Origin: an uncultured Bacteroidales bacterium
GTDB taxonomy: Bacteria; Bacteroidota; Bacteroidia; Bacteroidales; P3
Direction: 5' to 3'
Assembly (NCBI GenBank): GCA_905236645.1
Contig: CAJOMZ010000013.1
Coordinates: 3,315 to 67,314, forward strand
DNA length: 64,000 nucleotides
The notes below the pieces were generated by a model. It was not told the origin of the DNA and did no database searches. It was given only the letters and a program-made list of their open reading frames with translations. The position numbers and the translations under genes are program-made. Every line of letters begins with the position of its first letter. Position 1 is the stretch's first letter. This document shows positions 8,835-18,969 of the stretch, piece by piece.

Positions 8835-9584
8835 ATGTTTGCCTTATATAAGAAAGAGTTGTCGTCGTTCTTCTCGTCGTTGATGGGATATCTGACGATA
8901 GTGGTGTTTTTGGTCTTCACGGGGCTGATGCTGTGGGTGTTCAAGTCGAGTTTCAACATTCTCGACTACAAGTATGCCGGTCTTGACGGCCTGTTTCTGT
9001 TAGGACCGTTCCTGTACCTGTTCCTGATACCTGCGCTGACGATGCGTATGCTTGCCGAAGAGAAGCGCAACGGCACGCTGGAACTGCTGTTGACCAAGCC
9101 TTTGTCGGAGTTCACCGTGGTTATGGCCAAGTTCCTGGCTGGTTTTACGCTGGTGGTTATATCGCTGTTGCCGACGCTGGTCTATTATTGGAGCGTTTAC
9201 CGACTGGGCGACCCGATGGGCAATATCGACACCGGCAGCGTTGTGGGCTCGTATATCGGACTGCTTTTCCTCGGCGGTGCATTTGTGTCGATAGGTCTGT
9301 TTGCATCGTCGCTGACAAGCAATCAGATAGTGGCGTTTATCATAGCCGCGCTTCTGTGCGCATTCTGCTATCTGGGCTTCGAGTCGCTGTATCAGCTGAT
9401 GAGCGGCAAGGTGGCGCTGGCGTTGCGCGGATTCGGCTTGCAGGCACACTATGAGTCTATTTCGCGTGGCGTGATAGATACACGCGATGTGGTGTATTTC
9501 CTGTCTATTATTACGCTGTTCATAATGCTTACGCGGCTTGTCCTGCAGTCGCGCAAATGGACGGGAAGAGTTAAGAAGAATTAA
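8835..9584 (+). CDS. gldF: ABC-2 type transporter permease, GldF-like
   Basis: A six-TM permease with N-terminus MFALYKKELSSFFSSLMGY. A GldG-like gene follows directly. Confidence 0.7.
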   Translation: MFALYKKELSSFFSSLMGYLTIVVFLVFTGLMLWVFKSSFNILDYKYAGLDGLFLLGPFLYLFLIPALTMRMLAEEKRNGTLELLLTKPLSEFTVVMAKFLAGFTLVVISLLPTLVYYWSVYRLGDPMGNIDTGSVVGSYIGLLFLGGAFVSIGLFASSLTSNQIVAFIIAALLCAFCYLGFESLYQLMSGKVALALRGFGLQAHYESISRGVIDTRDVVYFLSIITLFIMLTRLVLQSRKWTGRVKKN

Positions 9585-9596
9585 AGATTAAAGAGA

Positions 9597-11333
9597 ATGA
9601 GAAATATTCGCCGTCAAAATATTCTGGGAATAATAGCTGTGGTGCTGGTGCTGGTCTTTGCCAACGTCATCAGCAGCTACTTGTTCAGGCGATTTGATTT
9701 GACATCGGAGAAGCGCTATACGCTGTCGGAGTCTACCAAGGAGGTTTTGAAGGAACTGGATGAGCAGGTCCTGTTCCGCGTGTACCTTGAGGGCGACGAC
9801 TTGCCGGCCGAATACCGTCGTTTCCGCAACGATATCAAAAATATGCTCGACCAGTTCAGGGCATATAGCAGCAATGTTGAGTATGAGTTCATCAACCCCA
9901 ACGCCTTCAAGACGGAAGAGGAGAAGATGCAGCTGTATCAGACACTTGTCAAGAAAGGACTGGTGCCGATACCAATAACGACAGAGGAGGAAGGTGTGCA
10001 GAAGCAGCAGGTGGTCTATCCTGCAATGGAGGTGACCTACAAAGGCAGGGAAACGGCATTGCAGCTGCAGTCGGCAGGCTTGAGCAGCCGTTCTACCGAG
10101 GAGGTGATAAACACTTCTGTAGAGAACCTTGAGTACAATTTTGTCACAGCAATTCACCGCCTTACGCGTCCTGTCCAGGCTCGGGTGGGGTTCCTCACCG
10201 GGCACAGCGAGTTGGATAAGATTGATATATATGACATCCAGATGTCGCTCGTGGACGACTACAAGGTGGAAAATGTGTTTCTGAATCAAAATATCAATGC
10301 CTTGACCGGCCGCATACAGAATGTCACCGACTCAAGTGTGACGGTAAACAACAAGTATGACGTGCTTGTCATACCCAAGCCGTTGGAGACATTTAGCGAC
10401 AAGGACTTGTATGTCATAGACCAGTTTGTAATGTATGGTGGCAAGATTCTGTGGCTTGTCGACGCACTTGATGCCGATTTGGACAGCCTGCAAGGGAAAG
10501 ATCAGACCTTTGCCACACGTCTCCCGACCAATCTCGAGGAGATGTTCTTCAACTACGGCGTGCGCATCAATCCCGACCTGATTATGGATTACCGCTGCCG
10601 CGGCATACCGATGATGGGCAACGACAACCGTATGCAGCTGGTTCCGTGGTATTATTTCCCGACACTGGTTCCTAATTCAGACCATCCCATTGTCCGTAAC
10701 CTTGACGTGCTGAGGACTGATTTCATCAGCAGCATCGACCTTATCGACAACAATATAAATAAGACCGTTCTGCTTACCACATCCGATCACGTCCATATCA
10801 AGAACGCTCCTGTCAATATCCAGCTTGCCGATGCGCGTATTCCTGTCAACGAACAGCTGTTCAACCGTAGCAACCTTCCGGTGGCTGTGCTGCTTGAGGG
10901 TTCTTTCCAGTCTCTGTTCAGGAACCGGCTGGCAACGGCATTTATGGAGCTGTCGGAGATAGGCTACAAGCCGATGTGTGACAAACCCACACAGATGATT
11001 GTCGTTTCGGACGGTGACATTATCCGTAACAGTGTCCAGAGTAGCGAGCAAGGCTTGTATCCCTTGCCGCTTGGGTATGATAAGTATACTGATGTGATGT
11101 TTGCCAACAAGACGTTTATCCTCAACGCTATCAACTTCCTGGCTGGCGACGAGGCTATGATCGACGCCCGTCCCAGAAATATTGCAATACGACGTCTTGA
11201 TGTTGCAAAGGTCAAGTCGCAGCGTGGCTACTACCAGTTTGCCAACATTGTCTATCCTGTTGTGCTGGTGCTGCTGCTTGCCGCCGTGGTGTTGTGCGTC
11301 AGGGCACTGAGATACAGAAGAAAACAGATGTAA
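9597..11333 (+). CDS. gldG: GldG-like ABC-transporter auxiliary component
   Basis: 578 aa with N- and C-terminal TM anchors and a large periplasmic domain. It shows the classic gldF-gldG-DUF4340 gene order. Confidence 0.7.
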   Translation: MRNIRRQNILGIIAVVLVLVFANVISSYLFRRFDLTSEKRYTLSESTKEVLKELDEQVLFRVYLEGDDLPAEYRRFRNDIKNMLDQFRAYSSNVEYEFINPNAFKTEEEKMQLYQTLVKKGLVPIPITTEEEGVQKQQVVYPAMEVTYKGRETALQLQSAGLSSRSTEEVINTSVENLEYNFVTAIHRLTRPVQARVGFLTGHSELDKIDIYDIQMSLVDDYKVENVFLNQNINALTGRIQNVTDSSVTVNNKYDVLVIPKPLETFSDKDLYVIDQFVMYGGKILWLVDALDADLDSLQGKDQTFATRLPTNLEEMFFNYGVRINPDLIMDYRCRGIPMMGNDNRMQLVPWYYFPTLVPNSDHPIVRNLDVLRTDFISSIDLIDNNINKTVLLTTSDHVHIKNAPVNIQLADARIPVNEQLFNRSNLPVAVLLEGSFQSLFRNRLATAFMELSEIGYKPMCDKPTQMIVVSDGDIIRNSVQSSEQGLYPLPLGYDKYTDVMFANKTFILNAINFLAGDEAMIDARPRNIAIRRLDVAKVKSQRGYYQFANIVYPVVLVLLLAAVVLCVRALRYRRKQM

Positions 11334-11352
11334 TATCCTTTTTAATACTACA

Positions 11353-12438
11353 ATGAAAACTAAGAAAAACCTCATAATAGCATTGTCGATTGTCCTGCTG
11401 GGCGTTGTCACTCTTGTCGTTGTGCTGTCGCGCAGCCGCAACCATACCTTCAAGCAGGATTTTCAGATAGAGGCCGCCGGCTACCCCGGTGCTGTCAGCA
11501 AAATATTTATGGCCGACAAAGAGAACCATCAGGTTCTGTTGTCCAGTGAGAACGATTCGCTCTGGCTCGTTGACGGGAAATACCCTGCCAGCGAACCGAT
11601 GATAGAGCTGTTGCTGCAGACGCTTTCGGATATGCGAATCCGCAGCCAGGTCAGCAGTGCCGCGGCAGAGAACGTTACCAAGCAACTCGCCGCCAAGAGT
11701 GTCAAGGTGGAAGTGTATTATAAGGATTACCGCATCAATTGGTTCAATGGCAAGTTGCGCCTGTTCCTGTATACCAACCGCAGTGTAATCTATGTGGGAC
11801 ACGACACGCAGGACAATATGGCCACCTATATGTACCGCGAAGGCGACAAGTATCCATACGTCATCAATATCCCAGGTTTCAGAGGCTGCCTCTCGCCGCG
11901 TTTCGTTGTCGACCATTATGCTTGGCGTAGCCATTCCATTGTCAGCCTGCCTGTTCAGCAGATTGCCAAAGTGGAGTTGCAGATTCCCTCCAAGCCAGAG
12001 GAGTCGTTCTCTGTCGAAAGGGCAGGGGATGGCTTTGTGTTCAATATGCTTAACCCGCCCCAGCGCGTTGAGGGTTTCGACACAGCTCGTGTAGCACAGC
12101 TGCTGTCGTCGTTTGTCAATCTTAACTTTGACGAGTTTGCAAAGGCGGTGCCTAAGATTGAACTCGACACTACATTCTCCGGCGCCCCGAGGACCATTCT
12201 CACGGTGACAGACGTAAACGGCAACGCCCGCACGCTGAAGACCTACATAAAATACACCAATCCCGACGACCTGCGTTCTATGCCCGACACCTCAATGTAC
12301 GAGGTTTTTGACATAAACCGTCTCTATGCAATTCTGGACAACAAGGACACAGTGCTGATCCAATACTACATTTTTGACAATATCCTCCAGCCTGCATCAT
12401 TCTTCTTGGGCCTCGAACACTCCTACTTTGCCAGATAA
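11353..12438 (+). CDS. DUF4340-like protein
   Basis: It has an N-terminal TM anchor and sits directly after gldG, as is typical in Bacteroidota. Confidence 0.55.
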   Translation: MKTKKNLIIALSIVLLGVVTLVVVLSRSRNHTFKQDFQIEAAGYPGAVSKIFMADKENHQVLLSSENDSLWLVDGKYPASEPMIELLLQTLSDMRIRSQVSSAAAENVTKQLAAKSVKVEVYYKDYRINWFNGKLRLFLYTNRSVIYVGHDTQDNMATYMYREGDKYPYVINIPGFRGCLSPRFVVDHYAWRSHSIVSLPVQQIAKVELQIPSKPEESFSVERAGDGFVFNMLNPPQRVEGFDTARVAQLLSSFVNLNFDEFAKAVPKIELDTTFSGAPRTILTVTDVNGNARTLKTYIKYTNPDDLRSMPDTSMYEVFDINRLYAILDNKDTVLIQYYIFDNILQPASFFLGLEHSYFAR

Positions 12439-12446
12439 TACAAGCT

Positions 12447-13208
12447 ATGAGACCACTATTCCTTATAACCAACGACGACGGATACGGTGCAAAGGGCATA
12501 CAAACCCTGATACGCGTAGCCCGCGAATTGGGCGACATCGTCGTTGTGGCTCCTGAACGCAACGCCTCAGCGCTGTCGCATTCGCTTACAAGCAGTCGCC
12601 CTTTGCGTGTACACACAATCTCGGAGATAGAGGACTGCAAGGTGTATCTGTGCGACGGCACACCGGTCGACTGTGTGAAGCTGGGCGCCGAAAACTTCTG
12701 TCCCCGCCGTCCCGACCTTGTGCTCTCGGGCATCAACCACGGCAGCAACTCGTCAATCAATGTGCTTTATTCAGCCACTATGGGTGCCGCGTTGGAGGCA
12801 GCCGTAAGCGGCTTGCCGGCAATCGGTTTCTCTCTGCTTGATTTCTCGCCCGATGCCGATTTCGAGCCGTCGGTGCCTTTTGTCAGGGATATTATAAAAA
12901 AATCCCTTGAAAAAGAGCTGCCGGGCAAATATGCGCTCAATGTAAACATTCCGGTGCCGACAGACGGCAAAATAAAAGGAGTCAGAGTCTGCCGCCAGTC
13001 GCAGGCCAGATGGGTCGAAAGCTATGAGAGACGTGTCGACCCGCACGGACGTCCATACTACTGGCTCACAGGAAATTTCGAGTGCGACGATATTGCAGAA
13101 GACACCGACCAGTGGGCATTGCAGAACGGCTACGTTTCCATAGTGCCTACAACCACCGACTTTACGGCTATGAACTTGATTGAAAAGATAAAAAAGGATT
13201 ATGAGTGA
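12447..13208 (+). CDS. surE: 5'/3'-nucleotidase SurE
   Basis: N-terminal ITNDDGYGAKGI and the GINHGSN motif. Confidence 0.92.
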   Translation: MRPLFLITNDDGYGAKGIQTLIRVARELGDIVVVAPERNASALSHSLTSSRPLRVHTISEIEDCKVYLCDGTPVDCVKLGAENFCPRRPDLVLSGINHGSNSSINVLYSATMGAALEAAVSGLPAIGFSLLDFSPDADFEPSVPFVRDIIKKSLEKELPGKYALNVNIPVPTDGKIKGVRVCRQSQARWVESYERRVDPHGRPYYWLTGNFECDDIAEDTDQWALQNGYVSIVPTTTDFTAMNLIEKIKKDYE

Positions 13209-13491
13209 TTTGCTGAAACAAAACAGAGTGTTGGCAGGCTTGTTGCTGTCGCTTGGCTCCGAATTGGTTACAGGCGCCCTGCTTTGGCTCGGACTTTTCA
13301 TAGCTCACCAACCGGTCGAAAGCCACATCAGATGGTTTGGAATATGCTTCGTGCCGCCGCTGCTCATACTGCACCGTTTCGCTAAAAAGAAACAGGACAC
13401 GCAGATAGTCAAGACGTTGATTATTGCGCTGTTCGTTACGTTTATAATCTTTCTGTATATTTTGTTCAAGACTAAAGCTATCGCGCTGTGA
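13201..13491 (+). CDS. Small membrane protein (3 predicted TM segments)
   Basis: A hydrophobic 96-aa ORF whose ends overlap the surE stop and the lpxB start. Confidence 0.5.
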   Translation: MSDLLKQNRVLAGLLLSLGSELVTGALLWLGLFIAHQPVESHIRWFGICFVPPLLILHRFAKKKQDTQIVKTLIIALFVTFIIFLYILFKTKAIAL

Positions 13492-14627
13492 AATACTATA
13501 TTATATCAGGAGAGGCCTCTGGCGACCTGCACGGTTCCAACCTGATGCGGGCACTTGTCGAGCGTCAGCCCGATGCCCGGATCCGTTTCTGGGGCGGCGA
13601 TCGTATGGCCGAGGTCGCTGCCGGACACAAGGCAGATGCAGTCCAGGTGCGTCACATACGCGATTTGGCTTTTATGGGCATTTTCGAGGTGCTCTCACAT
13701 CTCAAAACCATCTTTGGCAACATCAGCTTTTGTAAGAAAGATATAACGGAGTTCAACCCCGATGTTGTCGTCTTTATCGATTATCCGGGATTTAATCTCA
13801 AGATAGCCAAGTACACCCACAAACACGGCTTCCGCAACGTCTATTACATATCGCCCCAGATATGGGCCTGGAAGAAGAACCGCATACGCCCTATGCGACG
13901 CGACCTCGACAAGCTGTGCTATATCCTCCCGTCCGAGCAGAAGTTCTATGCCGAAAACACTTTCCCGCAGGCAGTATATGTCGGACACCCTCTGCTTGAC
14001 GAGATTGCACGCTTCAAAGCTGAAAAACAAGCTTCGCAGCCTTCGCATCCGGTTCCCCGGCTGGTGGCCCTGCTGCCCGGCAGCCGCAAGCAGGAACTCA
14101 AGCGGATGCTCCCTATGATGATGCAACTTGCCGCTAAGCATCCCGAATGCCGCTTTTCCATTGCCGGAATGACCCTTATCGGCGAAGAGTACTACCGCAA
14201 GTTCATACCAGCCGGTATCTCCAATGTGGACATACGCTTTGACGGCACATACCAGCTTCTTTCAGAGGCCGATTCCGCCGTTGTATGCTCTGGCACAGCC
14301 ACGCTTGAGACGGCCCTGTTTCGCGTGCCACAGGTGGTATGCTACCAGTGCAACAGACTCTCTGCCGCTGTCGCCCGAGTGCTTATAGGCAACAGTATCA
14401 AATATATATCGCTTGTAAACCTTATCGCCGACCGCCCTGTTGTGCGCGAACTGATTCAGGGAGAATTCAATATCAAGACACTCGACAGCGAGTTCTGCTT
14501 GATAACATCCAACGACGAGCGCCGTTCAGCAATAATGGCCGAATACGACCGGCTCATTGCCATACTGGGTGGCCCTGGAGCCTCGGCCCGTACAGCTGAC
14601 GAAATAATAAGCATTGTCAAACAATAA
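13488..14627 (+). CDS. lpxB: Lipid-A-disaccharide synthase
   Basis: N-terminal YYIISGEASGDLHGSNLMRAL and the GT19 pattern LLPGSR. It has a GTG start overlapping the previous stop. Confidence 0.92.
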   Translation: MKYYIISGEASGDLHGSNLMRALVERQPDARIRFWGGDRMAEVAAGHKADAVQVRHIRDLAFMGIFEVLSHLKTIFGNISFCKKDITEFNPDVVVFIDYPGFNLKIAKYTHKHGFRNVYYISPQIWAWKKNRIRPMRRDLDKLCYILPSEQKFYAENTFPQAVYVGHPLLDEIARFKAEKQASQPSHPVPRLVALLPGSRKQELKRMLPMMMQLAAKHPECRFSIAGMTLIGEEYYRKFIPAGISNVDIRFDGTYQLLSEADSAVVCSGTATLETALFRVPQVVCYQCNRLSAAVARVLIGNSIKYISLVNLIADRPVVRELIQGEFNIKTLDSEFCLITSNDERRSAIMAEYDRLIAILGGPGASARTADEIISIVKQ

Positions 14628-14651
14628 CCAGCAGTCTCACCACGATTCCAT

Positions 14652-15980
14652 ATGAAACGCGCCGCAACCATACTACTCCTTCTGCTTTCTGCATTCCCGG
14701 CCTCAGCCGACAAAGTCAAGGTGCGCCTGTTCTCAAACAGCAACATCGAAGCCATCAATGTCTCGTTCGACCTCGGGCTTTATGACCTCTATGCCAACGA
14801 CACGCTGTTGCTTGAACCCTCGCTCGGCGAAGGTATGTCGGTAGAATTGCTCCCGACGGCGACCGGTGTCAAGATATCCGTCAACGGCTACGAATACGGT
14901 GTTTACAAGCAGGCCTGCATTATGGCTACCGATACCGCCTGCATAATGTGCCTCAACCCCACCGGTGTCAAGCAGCGCACCTACGAGGGCGACCTGCTTG
15001 TCTCTGCCTACGACAAGTCTAACTTGCGCATAATCAACAGCGTCGAATTCGAGACCTACCTTGCAGGCGTGGTGCAGTCGGAAATCTACGGCCAGCAGAG
15101 CGACATTTTCCGCATTCAGGCCGTGATATCACGCACCTGGGCCCTGCGCAATATGAAAAAGCACCGTGCCGACGGATTCAACTTCTGCGACTACGTACAC
15201 TGCCAGGCCTACCAGAACCGCTGTGTCAGGCCCGACATAATGCTCGGCACTATGCAGTCGTCGGGCGAGACCATTGTCGATGCCGACGGCAACTTGATCG
15301 ACACGCCGTTCCACTCCAATTCGGGCGGACAGACAGCCAACTCGGAAGACGTGTGGCGTACAGCCTTGCCTTATCTGCGCTCGGTGCAGGACACCTTCTC
15401 CTTCCGTATGCGCCAATCCAACTGGACCAAAGTGATATCCAGGGACAAGTGGCTCAACTACTTCTCCAAAACCCATAAACTCAACACGCAGGATGCCGAG
15501 GTGCGCAACACACTGCTCACCTTCTCGCAGCCGCAGCGCCAGGCTCGCATCCTCGGCGTGCCGCTGACAAGGGTGCGCACCGATTTCGGCCTCAAATCCA
15601 CCTTCTTCTCTGTCTCAACCGATGCGAAGACCGGCGATGTGATCCTTAGCGGCCACGGCTACGGCCACGGCGTGGGCCTCAGCCAGGAGGGTACAATACG
15701 TATGGTGTCGCTGGGCATCGCCTACGATTCCATAATAAGGCACTATTACACAGGCGCACAGATTCACCACGACGAGAACACTTCCGAAAAATACGTAGAG
15801 CATTTTGTCACCGAGATAACCAAGATAATAGACGAAGACAACGCCAATCCCGGCCAGAAGAAGTCGAAGAAGGACGACTGGCTCGGCAAGTTGTTCCGCG
15901 TCCGCGACCGTATGGACCGCGAAGAGGAATACGACCCGACTAAAGACGAAAAGGAGTCGGACTGGAAAATAGAATGGTGA
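14652..15980 (+). CDS. SpoIID/LytB domain protein
   Basis: It has a signal peptide, motifs FHSNSGGQT and GHGYGHGVGLSQEG, and an acidic C-terminal tail. Confidence 0.8.
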   Translation: MKRAATILLLLLSAFPASADKVKVRLFSNSNIEAINVSFDLGLYDLYANDTLLLEPSLGEGMSVELLPTATGVKISVNGYEYGVYKQACIMATDTACIMCLNPTGVKQRTYEGDLLVSAYDKSNLRIINSVEFETYLAGVVQSEIYGQQSDIFRIQAVISRTWALRNMKKHRADGFNFCDYVHCQAYQNRCVRPDIMLGTMQSSGETIVDADGNLIDTPFHSNSGGQTANSEDVWRTALPYLRSVQDTFSFRMRQSNWTKVISRDKWLNYFSKTHKLNTQDAEVRNTLLTFSQPQRQARILGVPLTRVRTDFGLKSTFFSVSTDAKTGDVILSGHGYGHGVGLSQEGTIRMVSLGIAYDSIIRHYYTGAQIHHDENTSEKYVEHFVTEITKIIDEDNANPGQKKSKKDDWLGKLFRVRDRMDREEEYDPTKDEKESDWKIEW

Positions 15981-16085
15981 TTTTAAGTTTATTTAAGACA
16001 ATCAATATAATAAAACACATTAAATGCAGTTATATTCTTTCTGTTGAACGATACAAACCGATAATAATCCGAAAACAATAAAAAA

Positions 16086-16649
16086 ATGATGAAAAAAATA
16101 ATACCCTTTTTGTTCCTCGCCGCTCTGACGGTATGCAACCTGCAAGCCCAGGTACAGTGGCGCACAATGGAACAAGCATCACAGGTGGATATTAAGTCAA
16201 ACAAAAAGCTTTTCTTCGTAGACTTCTCGACCTCGTGGTGCGGATGGTGCAAGAAGATGGACAAGGATACTTTCTCCGACCCCGTTGTCGCTGCCATACT
16301 TAACAAATACTTCATTCCGGTAAAGTTCGACGCTGAAGGCAACTCCTCTTTCACCTGGAACGGTGTCAAATACAGCAACACCCAGGCTCCGGGCCAGCGT
16401 CCCCAAACCCACCCCTTTGCGCGTGCCATACTTGGCCAGAAGATAGGCTTCCCCTCGTTCGCCGTGTTCAACAGGGAGAAAGGCCTCTCGCAGATACTGC
16501 AAGGCTATCAGAACGCCTACGACTTCTCTATGCAGCTGTGGTACATCTGCAACGGCGACAGTCAGCGATACACCTACGAGGAATACCAGAAAATCTTTCC
16601 TACCGAAATCAAGCCTGATATGATGAAGCGACTGGGGCTCGACAAGTAG
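16086..16649 (+). CDS. Thioredoxin-fold protein (secreted)
   Basis: It has a signal peptide and the redox motif STSWCGWCKKMD. Confidence 0.75.
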   Translation: MMKKIIPFLFLAALTVCNLQAQVQWRTMEQASQVDIKSNKKLFFVDFSTSWCGWCKKMDKDTFSDPVVAAILNKYFIPVKFDAEGNSSFTWNGVKYSNTQAPGQRPQTHPFARAILGQKIGFPSFAVFNREKGLSQILQGYQNAYDFSMQLWYICNGDSQRYTYEEYQKIFPTEIKPDMMKRLGLDK

Positions 16650-16706
16650 CACTCAGGCTACCGGCCCGACACAACGCTTGGACAATTACATAGATTTTAC
16701 TGATTG

Positions 16707-16736
16707 ATAGCCGACATTTGTCGGCTATTTCTTTTT
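16707..16736 (+). terminator. Rho-independent terminator after the thioredoxin-fold gene
   Basis: The stem atagccgac/gtcggctat is followed by ttcttttta. Confidence 0.65.
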
Positions 16737-16878
16737 ATGCCCACTCCTGCCCGAAACGCATAACACAGGGAATGGGCAGCTGTCGGTATACTCCATCCTC
16801 TCATTTGGCGACCAAAAAAGTTGGTCTGTCACTCTGCATCCGATGCACTAAATTCCACCCGACTTTTTGCTAAATTCT

Positions 16879-16952
16879 TACCAAAGTTTACTGGAGTGAA
16901 CTTTGGTAGAACTTTGGTAAAACTTTGAGTAAACTTTGGTAGGAATTTGGTA
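16879..16952. repeat. 11-nt phased array: one inverted copy (taccaaagtt), then five direct copies of (g/a)aactttggta
   Basis: The units lie at 16898, 16909, 16920, 16931 and 16942, exactly 11 nt apart. The inverted copy is at 16879-16888. Confidence 0.85.
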
Positions 16953-17138
16953 TATGGAAATCAGGGAGTTGTAAAAGGGCAAAATCGGCCCTTTTACGAG
17001 TTCTTGCAACTTTTTTGACAAGCCTCGTAATAAGTTGGTTTTAAGTATGATAGGTGTAAAAAAGCCCTGTTTTCGGTGGATTTTGCAATTTCACCGATTT
17101 TTGCCTGGTTTCAGGGACTTTGAAAATGTGGATTCGGG

Positions 17139-18218
17139 TTAGTTGAGACGCACTCGCGGGTCGAGGATGCCGTAAAGTATGTCCACGATGATGTTGATCA
17201 GCACCAGCAGGATGCAGATGAAGAGTATGGCGCCCATCACTACGGGGAAGTCGTACTTCTCCAAGCCGTCGACAATCACTACGCCCATTCCTTTCCAGTC
17301 GAACACGTATTCGACAAATACGGCTCCGGCCAGCAATCCGGCCAGCCAGCCCGACGCGGATGTCACGATAGGATTCAGTGCATTGCGCAGGGCGTGCTTG
17401 AAGATGAGCCTGTTTCTCGACATACCTTTGGCGCGGGCGGTCCTTATGTAGTCTTGCGACAGCGCTTCGAGCATCGAGCTCTTTGTCAGCTCGACCAGCA
17501 CGGCCAGGGGCCTGATGCCCAGTGTCAGGGCCGGCAGGATGAGGTTGCGCAGGTCTACATACTCGCCGCAGCCGTAGTCGTCTACGGTGTACAGGTTGCC
17601 GAACATATTGAGGTGCGTCACATCGGACAGGACGTAGGCGAAGAACCACGCAATGAGTATGGCGGCAAAGAACGATGGCAACGACATTCCGAGCGTGGAG
17701 AGCAGCAGCGTCAGGCGGTCGATCCACGAGCCTTTGTGCAAGGCCGCCACGATGCCGAGCAGTATGCCCACCGCGACGGCAAAGAGCATCGCCGTGAGCG
17801 CAAGCACAGCCGTTTGCGGAAAGGCGGTGGCAATAATCTCGGTCACTTTCCTTTTGGACTGGTACGACCTGCGAAGGTAGGGCATCTTTGCCACTACCGA
17901 GGTCGTTCCCAGTTTGACTATCGTGCCGTAGGGCTCATACTTCTCTGGGTCTAAATACCAATAGCTGTCTGTGTCGCAATTGTTGTGTAACGAGATGGGG
18001 GAGAGGTCGTTCAAGTAGCCGGCAAACTGCACTCCGACGGGCTTGTCGCGGCCCAGGTCGCGGTTTATCATTTCCACGCTCTCTGCGTCGGCGCGCTGGC
18101 CCAGCATCATTCGGGCCGGGTCGCCGGGCAGTATGTTGAACAGGAAGAACACCAGCGTGACGACTCCCAGTATCACCAAGAGGCCGTAGAGCAGACGTTT
18201 TCCTATATATTTAAGCAT
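17139..18218 (-). CDS. ABC transporter permease, OppB/DppB family
   Basis: N-terminal MLKYIGKRLLYGLLVILGVVTLVFFLFNILPGDPA and the EAA-type loop SQDYIRTARAKG. Confidence 0.85.
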   Translation of the reverse strand: MLKYIGKRLLYGLLVILGVVTLVFFLFNILPGDPARMMLGQRADAESVEMINRDLGRDKPVGVQFAGYLNDLSPISLHNNCDTDSYWYLDPEKYEPYGTIVKLGTTSVVAKMPYLRRSYQSKRKVTEIIATAFPQTAVLALTAMLFAVAVGILLGIVAALHKGSWIDRLTLLLSTLGMSLPSFFAAILIAWFFAYVLSDVTHLNMFGNLYTVDDYGCGEYVDLRNLILPALTLGIRPLAVLVELTKSSMLEALSQDYIRTARAKGMSRNRLIFKHALRNALNPIVTSASGWLAGLLAGAVFVEYVFDWKGMGVVIVDGLEKYDFPVVMGAILFICILLVLINIIVDILYGILDPRVRLN

Positions 18219-18240
18219 CGTGGGAGTGTTTTATGAGTTG

Positions 18241-18930
18241 TTACCGCAGGCCGTGCACTACCGATTTCTTTGCGACGAAGTCTTTCAGATAGTATGGTTC
18301 AAAATAGGCCACATCCTCTTTCTCGCCCTTGCGCAGCTTTTCTTCAGCCTTTGCCACCATACCTTCGGCCGAGATGGTGAAGCCTGTGTCGTAGCGGGCG
18401 TTGGGATGGACGGAGAGCAGCCGGCGTGTCTTTTCGGCGCCGTCGCCTATGAATGTCACCGGCCCTTTGTCGAGCCACTGGTCGTAGAGGCCGGCCTCGA
18501 TTACTTCGGCTTGCGTGTCCCTTACAATGCCGTTTCTGCTGTAAAGGGCTGTGTAGCATTCCATTCTTCGGGCGTCGATCATAGGGCATACCAGTCCGTC
18601 ATAGTCTTTGTGGCGGGCAAAATACAGGTCGGCCATATTCTCCAAGGTGGGCACTGAGAGCAGCGGGATGCCCAGTGCGTAGCAGATGCCCTTGGCACTG
18701 CTGACGCCTATACGGAGGCCTGTGTAGGAGCCTGGCCCGGAGGAGACGCAAACGGCCTCAAGCTCTTGGGGCTCAAGTCCGTTTCCTTTCAGCAGTTTGT
18801 CGATGAACACTGCCAGTTTTGACGAGTGGGCATTGGGCTCGTCGCTGTGTATTTCGGCAATGATTCCGCCCTCTTTCTCGAGGGCGGCGGAGCATATCTG
18901 TGTTGCTGTTTCAAGCAGTAGTATGGCCAT
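18241..18930 (-). CDS. tsaB: tRNA threonylcarbamoyladenosine biosynthesis protein TsaB (YeaZ)
   Basis: N-terminal ILLLETATQICSAAL and GPGSYTGLRIG. Confidence 0.85.
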   Translation of the reverse strand: MAILLLETATQICSAALEKEGGIIAEIHSDEPNAHSSKLAVFIDKLLKGNGLEPQELEAVCVSSGPGSYTGLRIGVSSAKGICYALGIPLLSVPTLENMADLYFARHKDYDGLVCPMIDARRMECYTALYSRNGIVRDTQAEVIEAGLYDQWLDKGPVTFIGDGAEKTRRLLSVHPNARYDTGFTISAEGMVAKAEEKLRKGEKEDVAYFEPYYLKDFVAKKSVVHGLR

Positions 18931-18969
18931 AACGGAGTGGAAGCTGTTGAATTATAGTTGATGGGAAGG

